NCBI GenBank assembly: GCA_963668095.1
Contig: OY764083.1
Location: forward strand, 1,521,085 to 1,585,084
DNA length: 64,000 nucleotides
Direction of reading: 5' to 3'
Source of the DNA: Acidobacteriota bacterium
Lineage (GTDB): Bacteria > Acidobacteriota > UBA6911 > RPQK01 > JAJDTT01
In this document: positions 28,487 through 37,397 of the stretch, piece after piece
How positions within the stretch are numbered: position 1 is the stretch's first letter
Layout of the letters: each line of letters opens with the position of its first letter
Translations under genes and position numbers: made by a program
Notes under the pieces: generated by a model
What the model was told of the DNA's origin: nothing
Seen by the model: only the letters and a program-made list of their open reading frames with translations
Database searches by the model: none

Positions 28487-29365
28487 ATGCCAACAAAATT
28501 AGTGTGTTGGAACATCGCAAAAAGACACGAGGCTTGGAGACAACTGGTGAAAATGGATGCTGACGTCGCCTTGCTTCAAGAAGCCGGGAAAATACCAACC
28601 GACGTTGCCGGCAAGGTCCAAACCGGTGGAAAGGAACATTGGGACCCACACACATGGAACTCGCGTTGGTATGAAGGGCGATTCAAGAAACTATTCGACC
28701 GCTTCCCAATGATCGTGAAGCTCTCCGACCGTGTCCAAGTCGAATGGTTCAAGCAGGTTAGCCCGATCAGCGAAACGACGGAGGACGAGATCGCGGTCAG
28801 TGGAATCGGCACGATTGCCGCGGCGAGGGTCATCCCATCCGATGCCCCGCCGTTCATCGTTGTGTCCATGTATGCGCGCTGGATCAGTCCGCATCCGTCT
28901 ACCAAGAGTAAGTGGAGCGTAGGCAACTCCGATGTTTCGGCTCACCGCATTCTCTCTGACCTTTCGGCATTCATAGGCAGCTACGACCCGAGCACGCATC
29001 GAATTCTGGCAGCGGGCGACCTCAACATGGTCTACGACGGTATTGACCATGCTCCGTCGGTGCCTGGGTCCCGCGACCGCGGCGTGTTTGGCAGGATGGC
29101 CGCGCTCGGCTTGGAATTCATGGGACCGCAATATCCGGCGGGAAGGCTGGCGCGCCGAATATCCGGAGGCTCGCCGCCCGATCCTCGGAACGTGCCTACT
29201 TACCACACGGTCCGCAAGTCTCCCGCGACGGCCCAGCTCCAGCTCGATTATGCGTTCGCCTCCCGCGGCTTCCACAAGACCGTCAAGGTACGCGCCATGA
29301 ATTCCGTCGAAGAGTGGGGCGCCAGTGACCACTGCCGCCTACTCATCGAAGTCGCAGATCAATGA
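28487..29365 (+). CDS. endonuclease/exonuclease/phosphatase (EEP) family protein
   Basis: 292 aa. The N-terminal MPTKLVCWNIAKRHEAW...DADVALLQEA and C-terminal AAGDLNMV...SDHCRL patterns match the EEP fold. Confidence 0.55.
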   Translation: MPTKLVCWNIAKRHEAWRQLVKMDADVALLQEAGKIPTDVAGKVQTGGKEHWDPHTWNSRWYEGRFKKLFDRFPMIVKLSDRVQVEWFKQVSPISETTEDEIAVSGIGTIAAARVIPSDAPPFIVVSMYARWISPHPSTKSKWSVGNSDVSAHRILSDLSAFIGSYDPSTHRILAAGDLNMVYDGIDHAPSVPGSRDRGVFGRMAALGLEFMGPQYPAGRLARRISGGSPPDPRNVPTYHTVRKSPATAQLQLDYAFASRGFHKTVKVRAMNSVEEWGASDHCRLLIEVADQ

Positions 29366-29411
29366 GAGGTTGCGCGAGTGTCAGGAGAGCCCAACGACGG
29401 CCCGGGAGAAA

Positions 29412-30245
29412 CTACTTCCGGGCCAGCTCCCACGACTTCCGCGTGAATGTGATGTAACGCACGGGCGTCTTGCAAGTCTTGCAGATTGCTCCCCGTTTCC
29501 TGACGTCGCGCTTGATGGCCCAGCCGCACGTGACGCACCGCGCAATATAGCGGGGCGGAGCAAATTCCACCGTGTGGCAGCGGTCGCCGGTGCATCCGAC
29601 CGAACGCGCGACCGCCTTCCAGGCGGCGTCATGATTGTGCTTGGGGCCGACCAGGGCGTGCGCGATCTCGTGGAGAATCGTGTCCCTGACCTGCGGGCCG
29701 GTGGCGTGCAGGCAATAGAGGCGGGAGAGCCCGATGACCTTGAGTCCGAAATCGCAGACTCCCGCCCGCTTGGAGGCATCCTCGAACTGAAAGCTCCATC
29801 CCGTGAGTCCGTGCCGGCTCATCAGCCGCTCCGCCTCCGCCGCAACTTCGGCCAGTTTCCTGCCATCGTCGCGATCAGGATTCCGGCCGGCTCGTGTCAG
29901 CAGACCATAAGGAACGTAGTAGCTTCCGTGCTCCGTGGCGACCAGGGCGCGCTTGGGTCCGAGACGCGCGAGGACACCTTCAATGGCGCCCTGACCGTGC
30001 GGGACCAGGACCTCGTCATCCGGGCGGAATCGGGCTTTGAACCGGTCCCGCCTCAGAGCCACTCGCTTTCTACTTCCACCTTCGTTACGAGCGAGGAAGT
30101 CCCACGGCACCCCGTAGTCGGTGCCGTCCTCCCCCACGACTTCGGCTTTCCGAGGAGTCTTGCGTGCGATGTGCCCGCTGATCCAGACACCCTGGTCCCG
30201 GAACTTCACGGGATCATGAATGCAGAACTGCGTGGCGCTAGACAC
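29412..30245 (-). CDS. SprT-like zinc metalloprotease with C-terminal zinc ribbon
   Basis: A HEIAHALVGPKHNHD zincin motif and a CVTCGW...CKTCKTP ribbon. It is convergent with the EEP gene. Confidence 0.7.
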   Translation of the reverse strand: MSSATQFCIHDPVKFRDQGVWISGHIARKTPRKAEVVGEDGTDYGVPWDFLARNEGGSRKRVALRRDRFKARFRPDDEVLVPHGQGAIEGVLARLGPKRALVATEHGSYYVPYGLLTRAGRNPDRDDGRKLAEVAAEAERLMSRHGLTGWSFQFEDASKRAGVCDFGLKVIGLSRLYCLHATGPQVRDTILHEIAHALVGPKHNHDAAWKAVARSVGCTGDRCHTVEFAPPRYIARCVTCGWAIKRDVRKRGAICKTCKTPVRYITFTRKSWELARK

Positions 30246-30563
30246 TGTCCGAACTCACAAAATGATTTGCCGTGCCCTGTCCGGGATCCGAGTCATCACA
30301 GAGGACGAACGACCGGCGTCCCTCCGGGAGAAGGATCCAGGAGCCGGATCAGCCTCAGTCGTCTCCTGTGGGACCCGGCTCCGAAACCGGGGCTGTGCCC
30401 GCCGGACAAGGCATTCTTGGGAGCATACCGAAAGTATATGACCGAGGAGCAACACGTCTCCGTCGGGATGCGTGGAATGGTCCTCCAGCCGCCCATTCAA
30501 ATTCCGTAGGGGCACCTCTTGTGTGTTGTGGGTGCCCTCTGTCAATGGCCATTGAAAATGTCA

Positions 30564-30624
30564 GGGTTTTCGGTCTGGCCCGCTTCGGTCGCTCCGCTCC
30601 CTACACGGGCCAGACCGAAAACCC
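30564..30624. promoter_or_regulatory. perfect 19-bp inverted repeat with 23-nt spacer
   Basis: gggttttcggtctggcccg at 30564-30582 pairs with cgggccagaccgaaaaccc at 30606-30624. It lies between the SprT-like gene start and the degraded higB. Confidence 0.7.
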
Positions 30625-30752
30625 TTGCGGCGCTCACGACACGGTTCCCCCGGCGGCGAGCGGTTCACCGCCTCTTCGACCAGCCACGGGATGGATCACC
30701 TTGGAGAGCTCCGCGTGGCGGCGCATCCGATAGCTGTTGCCCCGGATGTTGA

Positions 30753-30944
30753 CGATGTGGCAGCGGTGCAGGAGCCGGTCCAAGAGCGCTACGGGATCTC
30801 GCCATACCGCCCGGCAACCGGCTCGAAGTTCTCAAGGGTCGTCTTTCAGGCTTCCATTCCATTCGCGTCAACAACCGGTGGCGCATCGTCTTCAGGTGGA
30901 CCGATACCGGACCAGAACAGGTGGCGATCGTAGATTATCATTGA
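30753..30944 (+). pseudogene. higB: HigB-family (RelE/ParE superfamily) toxin, N-terminally disrupted
   Basis: The C-terminus ([37 protein letters not shown]) matches HigB. No start codon exists in this frame after the stop at 30750-30752, and the N-terminal half is missing or shifted. Confidence 0.6.
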
Positions 30945-30976
30945 AGAATTACCCTATAACGTTATAGGATACGAAC

Positions 30977-31321
30977 ATGAAACAGCCCATCACGCCCGGA
31001 GAGATTTTGCTCGAGGAGTACCTCAAACCGATGGGGATTTCACAGAATGCCATGGCTCGAGCCATCGGTGTCTCCCCAAGGGCGATCAACGAAATCGTCC
31101 TTGGCCGACGGTCGATCACTCCGCCCATGTCGATCCGTTTTGGCGCCTTCTTTGGTCAGTCGGACGAATTCTGGCATGGCATCCAAGTCGAGTGCGACTT
31201 CCGCAAGCTGGCAGGGGACAGGAACCGACTGGTTGCCGACATTCAACCGGCTGCGGCCGTAGCGGCCCGTGGCGACAGCCGCCGCGGCGCTCGACCGACG
31301 CTGCAATCTGGACGCGCGTAA
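30977..31321 (+). CDS. higA: HigA antitoxin (XRE-family HTH)
   Basis: [37 protein letters not shown] is the classic HigA HTH sequence. It follows the higB remnant. Confidence 0.75.
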   Translation: MKQPITPGEILLEEYLKPMGISQNAMARAIGVSPRAINEIVLGRRSITPPMSIRFGAFFGQSDEFWHGIQVECDFRKLAGDRNRLVADIQPAAAVAARGDSRRGARPTLQSGRA

Positions 31322-31469
31322 CTACAGGTGGTCCCAATCGTCTCCGAAACACTGGAGAAGTTGACTGCCCCTCTCTCGTTCCCACCGAAGTTGTCGATTG
31401 CCGCCTTTGCGGAGTCGTCTGGCTTGAGGGTGTGTTTCCTAAATGCACACATTGTGTAATTACTGGATC

Positions 31470-31757
31470 ATGAGGGCCAGTTTCGACTGGAGCACGGAGA
31501 AGAATCAAAGACTCATCGAGCAGCGAGGAATCTCATTCGAGAGTGGCGTCTCCGCCATAGAGCAAGGCGGCTTGTTGGATGTACTGGAACACCCGATCCA
31601 GGATCGCTACCCGGGACATTTGATCTACGTCGTGGAATCCGACGAGTACATTTTTCTTGTACCTGTTGTGACGCAGGCCGACGGCACTCGTTTTCTGAAG
31701 ACGATTATTCCCAGCCGAAAGGCGACGAAGACTTACCGGAGGAGGCAGCCATCGTGA
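31470..31757 (+). CDS. brnT: BrnT-family ribonuclease toxin (DUF497)
   Basis: FDWSTEKNQRLIEQRGISFES...IYVVESDEYIFLVPV matches BrnT. Confidence 0.65.
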   Translation: MRASFDWSTEKNQRLIEQRGISFESGVSAIEQGGLLDVLEHPIQDRYPGHLIYVVESDEYIFLVPVVTQADGTRFLKTIIPSRKATKTYRRRQPS

Positions 31758-32029
31758 ACGACAAATTGAGCGCCGAAGAGCGCGACATTCTCGGCCGATA
31801 CGAGCGGGGTCATTTGCGCTCCGCTCCTGGTGCCGAACGCGAAGTCGAGGTGGCCCGTCAGGCGGCACGTAATACGTTCAACAAGACCAAGCGAGTGAAT
31901 CTGCGGGTAACCGAGCGCGACTTCAAGCTCGCTCACTCGCGGGCCAGGGAAGAAGGGATCCCTTATCAAACACTGCTGTCCAGTGTGATCCACAAATACT
32001 TGGCCGGCCGGCTGACCGAGAAGAGGTAG
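31754..32029 (+). CDS. brnA: BrnA antitoxin
   Basis: A 4-nt overlap with brnT. The C-terminal RHH-like VNLRVTERDFKLAHSRAREEGIPYQTLLSSVIHKYL fits BrnA. Confidence 0.6.
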   Translation: MNDKLSAEERDILGRYERGHLRSAPGAEREVEVARQAARNTFNKTKRVNLRVTERDFKLAHSRAREEGIPYQTLLSSVIHKYLAGRLTEKR

Positions 32030-32101
32030 CTTGCCATCGCGGTGCGTGGAGAAATCGTGACGTTCGATGGGTCCGTCGGCTCCGTGCTCGGGAGTCCGCC
32101 G

Positions 32102-33514
32102 ATGTCAGGAGCAGCAGGATTGCGGAGCAGACCCTCTATTACGATCGCTCTCGCACTGACCCTGGCTTGTGCCGCGTGCGGTGAACCGGCCGAGGTGCTG
32201 GTGGGCGAGCGGCTTCTTGTCCTGGAAGGAGCCACTCTGATTGACGGCACCGGCGCCGAACCGCGCGAGGACAGCGTCGTCGTGGTGGACGGCGACCGAA
32301 TCCTCAGGGTCGGCAGCACCGGTGACTTCCATTACCCCAACTCGGCACGGCGAAAAGACGTCTCGGGCCACTTCGTGCTTCCGGGATTCATGGACATGCA
32401 TGTCCATGTTCACCCCGAGGCTCGGATCGAGACCGTGGAGGCGTTGCTTGAGTTCGGAGTGACCACGATACGCAGCCCGGGCGCCGCTCAAAGCGCCGGC
32501 GTCGAGCTCCGGGACCAGATCGCGGCGGGCCAGGTTCGCGGTCCGCGGATGATTACCGGCGCCGCTTTCATCAACGGGTCTCCTCGATTCGATTGGACGG
32601 TAGCCGTGGCAACGCCGGATGAGATCCGGGACGTGGTTCGACAACAGGCCGCGGCGGGTGCGGACCTGATCAAGCTGTACTGGGACGTGACCCCGGAACT
32701 GGTGGCCGCTGCGATCGAAGAGGCTCACAGGCTCGGTCTGAAGATCGCTGGCCACCTCCGGGCAACGAGCTGGACCCAGGCGGCACGGCTGGGTATCGAT
32801 GCCCTGCTCCACAGCGGCGCGGAAGGGCCGACCTGGGAGCTGGTTCCCGAAAGGCACCGGGCCCAACTGCGGGCACTGCCTTACCGGGAATTCTACGCCC
32901 GTTGGATCGAGTTGGTGGAGCTTGACGGCGAGCTGATGAGCTCCTTGATTGCCGCCCTCGTTGCCAACAACGTGACGGTCGACCCGACTCTGGTCGCGAT
33001 GCAAAGCCTCCACTTCGGCGACGACCCGAAGGTTCTCGAAAGGCTCGAGCCTGAGCGGGCTCCTCCCTCGGTCGTCTCCCTTTGGGGTCCGGATTGGCAG
33101 CAGCGAAACCCGTTTGTCTTCACCAATCCCATGGGAGTCGCCCGAGACCTCACGTCCGGCAAGGACGTATTTCCCGTCGCACTCGAGATCGTACGGAGGC
33201 TTCACGAGGGGGGAGTGAGGCTGACTGCAGGAACCGACGTGGGAATGCCCTGGATTACGCCGGGCGTGAGCCTGCACCGGGAGCTGGAGCTTCTGGTCCA
33301 GGCCGGCATTGACGAGGCCGATGTGATCGTCTTGGCGACCCGGAACGGCGCCGAGGGCCTGGGGCTGGAGGATCAGCTCGGAACCATCGAAGCCGGAAAG
33401 CTGGCCGACCTGGTCGTGCTCTCGGCGGACCCACTGTCGGACATTCGCAACACTCGTTCGGTGACCGCCGTCTACAAAGCCGGTGAACTCGTCTATTCGG
33501 CCACGCCGCCTTGA
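32102..33514 (+). CDS. amidohydrolase-family metal-dependent hydrolase (secreted or lipoprotein)
   Basis: A signal peptide with a Cys-rich lipobox-like end, the MHVHVH metal-binding motif and a TIM-barrel amidohydrolase layout (GTDVGMPW). Confidence 0.8.
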   Translation: MSGAAGLRSRPSITIALALTLACAACGEPAEVLVGERLLVLEGATLIDGTGAEPREDSVVVVDGDRILRVGSTGDFHYPNSARRKDVSGHFVLPGFMDMHVHVHPEARIETVEALLEFGVTTIRSPGAAQSAGVELRDQIAAGQVRGPRMITGAAFINGSPRFDWTVAVATPDEIRDVVRQQAAAGADLIKLYWDVTPELVAAAIEEAHRLGLKIAGHLRATSWTQAARLGIDALLHSGAEGPTWELVPERHRAQLRALPYREFYARWIELVELDGELMSSLIAALVANNVTVDPTLVAMQSLHFGDDPKVLERLEPERAPPSVVSLWGPDWQQRNPFVFTNPMGVARDLTSGKDVFPVALEIVRRLHEGGVRLTAGTDVGMPWITPGVSLHRELELLVQAGIDEADVIVLATRNGAEGLGLEDQLGTIEAGKLADLVVLSADPLSDIRNTRSVTAVYKAGELVYSATPP

Positions 33515-33644
33515 AACGGGCGAGGAAGGGAGCGGCGGTTTCCTAACCGCCGGCTTCCGGAGTGTCCGTGAACGAGCGCGTATCGTGGGCAACGGGTAAG
33601 CGCCCCTCCTTGTTTCTTAGAGGGGGACAGGAATGTCTCCCCTC

Positions 33645-34619
33645 CTACCGGGCGGCCAGCTTCGCAATCGGGATCCGCAGGAAGAACACGCCCGGTCCTC
33701 CCTCCTGATCTTTGTCGATGTCGTAAAAGACCACGCCGATTGTCTTTTCGTCGAGTTGCACGGTTCGGGGACAGGCCCGGCCGTTGATCGCCCGGCCCGG
33801 GTTGTAGTACTCGAACACGCCATCCCATGTCTGCCCGTCGTCGTATGAGATGCGATAGCGGATGCGCTCCCCGCCAAAGCCGGGTCCGAGAATCTCCGAG
33901 GCCAGCAGCCAGCCGTTTTTCAGACCGACCATTTCATGCCGCCAGCCCTGCGTGCTGATGTCCGGAAAGCCGTCGATGGTCTTCCACGTCTTGCCGTTGT
34001 CCGTTGATCGGAGGCCGGCACCGCTGACGAACGTGCCTCGCGGAGTCTGCACGATCGGGATCAACCCGTGATCACGGCCATCGCCGAACGGTGTTGCCTT
34101 GGAAGTGGCCGGATCAAACACAAACGTCCGGTCGATCAGCGACACGAGCCATTGCCCTGACTTCAGTTCGGTAACGGGGTGCCTGGTGACGGATCTGACT
34201 TCGGGATCACGCGGGAATGGCTGCGGGTCGCTCCACGATACTCCTTCGTCACTCGACAGGGAGTACAAGACGGACCGTGGTTCTTTCTGAGTGACCGGCG
34301 TATCCCAGCGGTTCCAGCAATGCACCAGGCGGCCGTCGCTCAGCGTCGTCAGCGAACCCGGGTAATAGGTCTTCTCGACGGTATGGACAAACGGAACCGA
34401 TTCGGACCATGTCATTCCGCCGTCCGATGATCGAGTGATGCGCAGGTCCACGTGATTCACTCGTCCGTACGTCACGACGATGGTCCCCGAGCGGGTGACA
34501 CAGGCCGCCGGGTGAATGTGCCCGTCGACCGGGACAGCAATCCGGACCGGTTTCAGTTGATGGTCGCTGGCGACGACCGTTGACACGGTGAATAAAGACA
34601 GCACGGCGAGTCGGTTCAT
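33645..34619 (-). CDS. BNR/Asp-box repeat protein (sialidase-like beta-propeller), secreted
   Basis: A signal peptide and four SxDxGxTW Asp-boxes (SSDGGMTW, SSDEGVSW, STDNGKTW, SYDDGQTW). Confidence 0.7.
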   Translation of the reverse strand: MNRLAVLSLFTVSTVVASDHQLKPVRIAVPVDGHIHPAACVTRSGTIVVTYGRVNHVDLRITRSSDGGMTWSESVPFVHTVEKTYYPGSLTTLSDGRLVHCWNRWDTPVTQKEPRSVLYSLSSDEGVSWSDPQPFPRDPEVRSVTRHPVTELKSGQWLVSLIDRTFVFDPATSKATPFGDGRDHGLIPIVQTPRGTFVSGAGLRSTDNGKTWKTIDGFPDISTQGWRHEMVGLKNGWLLASEILGPGFGGERIRYRISYDDGQTWDGVFEYYNPGRAINGRACPRTVQLDEKTIGVVFYDIDKDQEGGPGVFFLRIPIAKLAAR

Positions 34620-34796
34620 CAGATGCCTCCAAGTGTTGAACGCGGAATCCTGTGCAAGGAGATTACCTCAGACGCTATGAAATAAGGAGGTTGAGGCCGA
34701 TAAACAGGCCGGTCAACCAACCCGCGCAATGTACAGCCTTGGATCCGGTTCTCTCGACCTGCGGTCCCGATCACGTTTCCCTTTCCTCAAACGCTA

Positions 34797-35403
34797 GGCG
34801 TGAGGGCCTTGCTCCCGGATGATTCTCAAAGCCAGGTCGGGATCGATCTGGACGATCATCTCGGGCTCGGCCCGGACTCCCGCGGGCAGGTCGAAACCCC
34901 CGACGGCACTGCGCGCGTGCCAGCCTGACAGAGATTGATCCCTGCCATCTTCCGCAAACTGAGAGAGCGGTCCGCCGAAGACGTCATGAAAGACTTTGGA
35001 ATATCCGTTGACAACCAGGTGCGAGAGGGTCAGGACCCCACCGCCGGCCGAGTTGACCATGCCGAGACCTTTGACGCAGTACCAGACATCGTTCAGCGTC
35101 CCCAGAGGATGGAGTCCCCAGAGGATGGAGTCCCCAGTGCAGAACGCGGATGTGTGCGATACCCGCCTCGCGAGCTGCCGCGGCCCCCTTCTCGACTTCC
35201 GCATCATCGTCGGTGACGGCTCCCATGCCGGCGGTGGTGCCGGAAAGAAAAACCAGACCCGAGGGGGTAAAGGTGGCCTGGGCGAGGTTCTGCGCACCTG
35301 GAGGCGGAAGTGAGTCTTCCTTCTGCCCCAGATCGATTCCCAGCCGGGTGATCCGGTCGTAGACATCGAAATTCCTCTTCCAACCCGAGTTCAGTTCAAC
35401 CAT
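34797..35403 (-). pseudogene. RidA/YjgF-family protein disrupted by 16-bp tandem duplication
   Basis: The N-terminal part is in one frame (GLVFLSGTTA...) and the C-terminal part in another (PARSAVGGFDLPAGVRAEPEMIV). A tandem gaggatggagtcccca x2 at 35105-35136 produces the +1 shift. Confidence 0.6.
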
Positions 35404-35609
35404 CGGTTTCCTTCGTTGATGACTATTGTTTATGGATAAAGAGAAAGCCTTGGATCTAACAATTCGCTGAAATCAGATCCGATGAGCCTATCTCGAAACT
35501 CTCACGTTCCACTTGCCGCAGCGTCGGAATCATCCGTCCTGGCTGCGTGACGCGGCCTCAGCGTCGCCGACGTATGCTAGCGGAAGGACGTTCAGGAGAG
35601 AAGCGAAAA

Positions 35610-36845
35610 TCAGACCTCGGCCGCTTGGTCCCAGACCCGGAGAAAGTTCTCCCCCAGGATCTTGCGGATGTCCCGGTCGCTGTATCCCCGCTTCACCAGG
35701 CCCCGGGTCAGGTTCGGCCGCTTGGATCGGTCTTCCAGGTCCTCGACCGGCTCGTTGTCCGAGGAGACCGCAACGTGGTCGATTCCGGCCACCTTGACGG
35801 CATGGTCGATGTGGTCCAGGAAAGCGTCGATGGGAGGCAGGTCGATTTCCTCGGTGTAGGAATGCGAATCCAGCGTATTCCTCATGGCGGCGGCAATCTC
35901 CCAGGGATCGGAGTGCTCCCGGGCCAGGCGCAGATCCCGGTCCGTGTAGTCGGGGAGGAACCGGGACTTCATCATGTCGTTCAGGGCCTTGGCATCCAGG
36001 TAGGAGGGAACGGTGAAGATGCTCACCACGCCTCCGTTCTCGGCCAGGGCCCGCAGCATCTCGTCCGTAAGGTTGCGCTGCACGTAGCACAGGGCTCGGC
36101 AACCGGAATGGGTGGCGATGATGGGTTTGGAACTGGTGCGGATCGTGTCCCAGAACGCCTGGTCCGAGGCATGGGAGACATCCACCAGCATCCCGATCCG
36201 GTTGCACTCGCGGACCACGTCGCGGCCGAAGTCGCTCAATCCGGTCTTGGGGTTCAGTTCCCCGCTGGAGTCGACCCAGTCGAAAGCGGCGATATGGGTC
36301 AACGCGAAGACCCGGATTCCCATGCGGTGATACATCCTCAGGACGGCCAGATCATTGTGGATCCAGCCCGCGTTGAGCATGGGGATCACCGCAATCCTGC
36401 CGGCTCCGGCGATTCGCTCGACATCGGAGGACCGAAGGGCCAGTTCCACGGCATCCGGGTGCTTCCGCACGCTTTGCTGCAGTATCTCGTCGACGCGCTG
36501 CAGGACCCGCTTGACCACGTCCGGGCCGTCAAACAGGTTGTCGCAGATGTTCTTGCCCGCCTCGGGAGGATTGATGATTCCTTCCCGCGCATCGCTCCGG
36601 AAGATTTCTTCCACGCCGATCCCGTGGACGATGGCGTCGACCTGGCCCGTTTGGAAGTCTTCCAGGTAAAGCTTGCCGTAGGTGTCGATGACAATGGCGT
36701 CCCAGTGGAGTTGGGCTGGTTCTGGAGGCCCGGGAGATCCAACTGAGCGTTCACCCTGCGTGCATCCGCCCGCCATACCCAAAGCAACGGCCGAAAGAGA
36801 CTGCTTGAGAAAGCCACGTCGTTTCATGGAACTGATAATCCTCAT
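35610..36845 (-). CDS. membrane dipeptidase (peptidase M19), Tat signal
   Basis: A Tat motif (MKRRGFLKQSLSAVALGMAGG) with the M19 motifs VDVSHASD, IATHSGCRAL and RNLTDE. Confidence 0.8.
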   Translation of the reverse strand: MRIISSMKRRGFLKQSLSAVALGMAGGCTQGERSVGSPGPPEPAQLHWDAIVIDTYGKLYLEDFQTGQVDAIVHGIGVEEIFRSDAREGIINPPEAGKNICDNLFDGPDVVKRVLQRVDEILQQSVRKHPDAVELALRSSDVERIAGAGRIAVIPMLNAGWIHNDLAVLRMYHRMGIRVFALTHIAAFDWVDSSGELNPKTGLSDFGRDVVRECNRIGMLVDVSHASDQAFWDTIRTSSKPIIATHSGCRALCYVQRNLTDEMLRALAENGGVVSIFTVPSYLDAKALNDMMKSRFLPDYTDRDLRLAREHSDPWEIAAAMRNTLDSHSYTEEIDLPPIDAFLDHIDHAVKVAGIDHVAVSSDNEPVEDLEDRSKRPNLTRGLVKRGYSDRDIRKILGENFLRVWDQAAEV

Positions 36846-37027
36846 TTCAACTTCGGATCCGAATTCCTCCGAGGGACGCACCACACTACTCACCTTCACC
36901 CATCGGAGGCAGCAACCTTTCTCATATTTCTATTGAAGGCGCCACTAAATCCCTTGAATTCCACCTGCTTTTCGCTGAGAAGCTGATCCCCAAAAACATG
37001 TCTCCATCTGCTCGTCAGCAGCAGACG

Positions 37028-37051
37028 GGAGATGTAGACTGTCGCTTTCTC
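37028..37051 (-). repeat. GGGACAGTC-family motif copy (variant GCGACAGTC)
   Basis: The reverse complement reads cgagaaagcgacagtctacatctc. It sits upstream of a compositionally distinct gene. Confidence 0.65.
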
Positions 37052-37397
37052 GATCCGTCCCTATGATGGGTCCAGTTAAAGTCGAAGAGACATACATGGC
37101 CGGAAAAACGCCGAACATGCACAAGGCTCAAGAAGACAAGATCATCGGAATCCGCCGCCAGGACTGCCGACAGAGGACGACTTGGCCGAGCCGGTGTTCT
37201 CGCCGAGGAGATCATCAACAGCCTAGAATCTGGCATGAATAGTTTCCGTGATATCCCTACTGGTTTGCGTCAGGCAGGTAGTTGATGGGCCGCTGATTCA
37301 TGCACCATGGCCGTCTTTTGGAACACGATCCTCTTCTAAAGCTTATTTCCGGCGAACTCCGCATGGAGAACGCCAACACACTTTTGGAGGCCACCCT

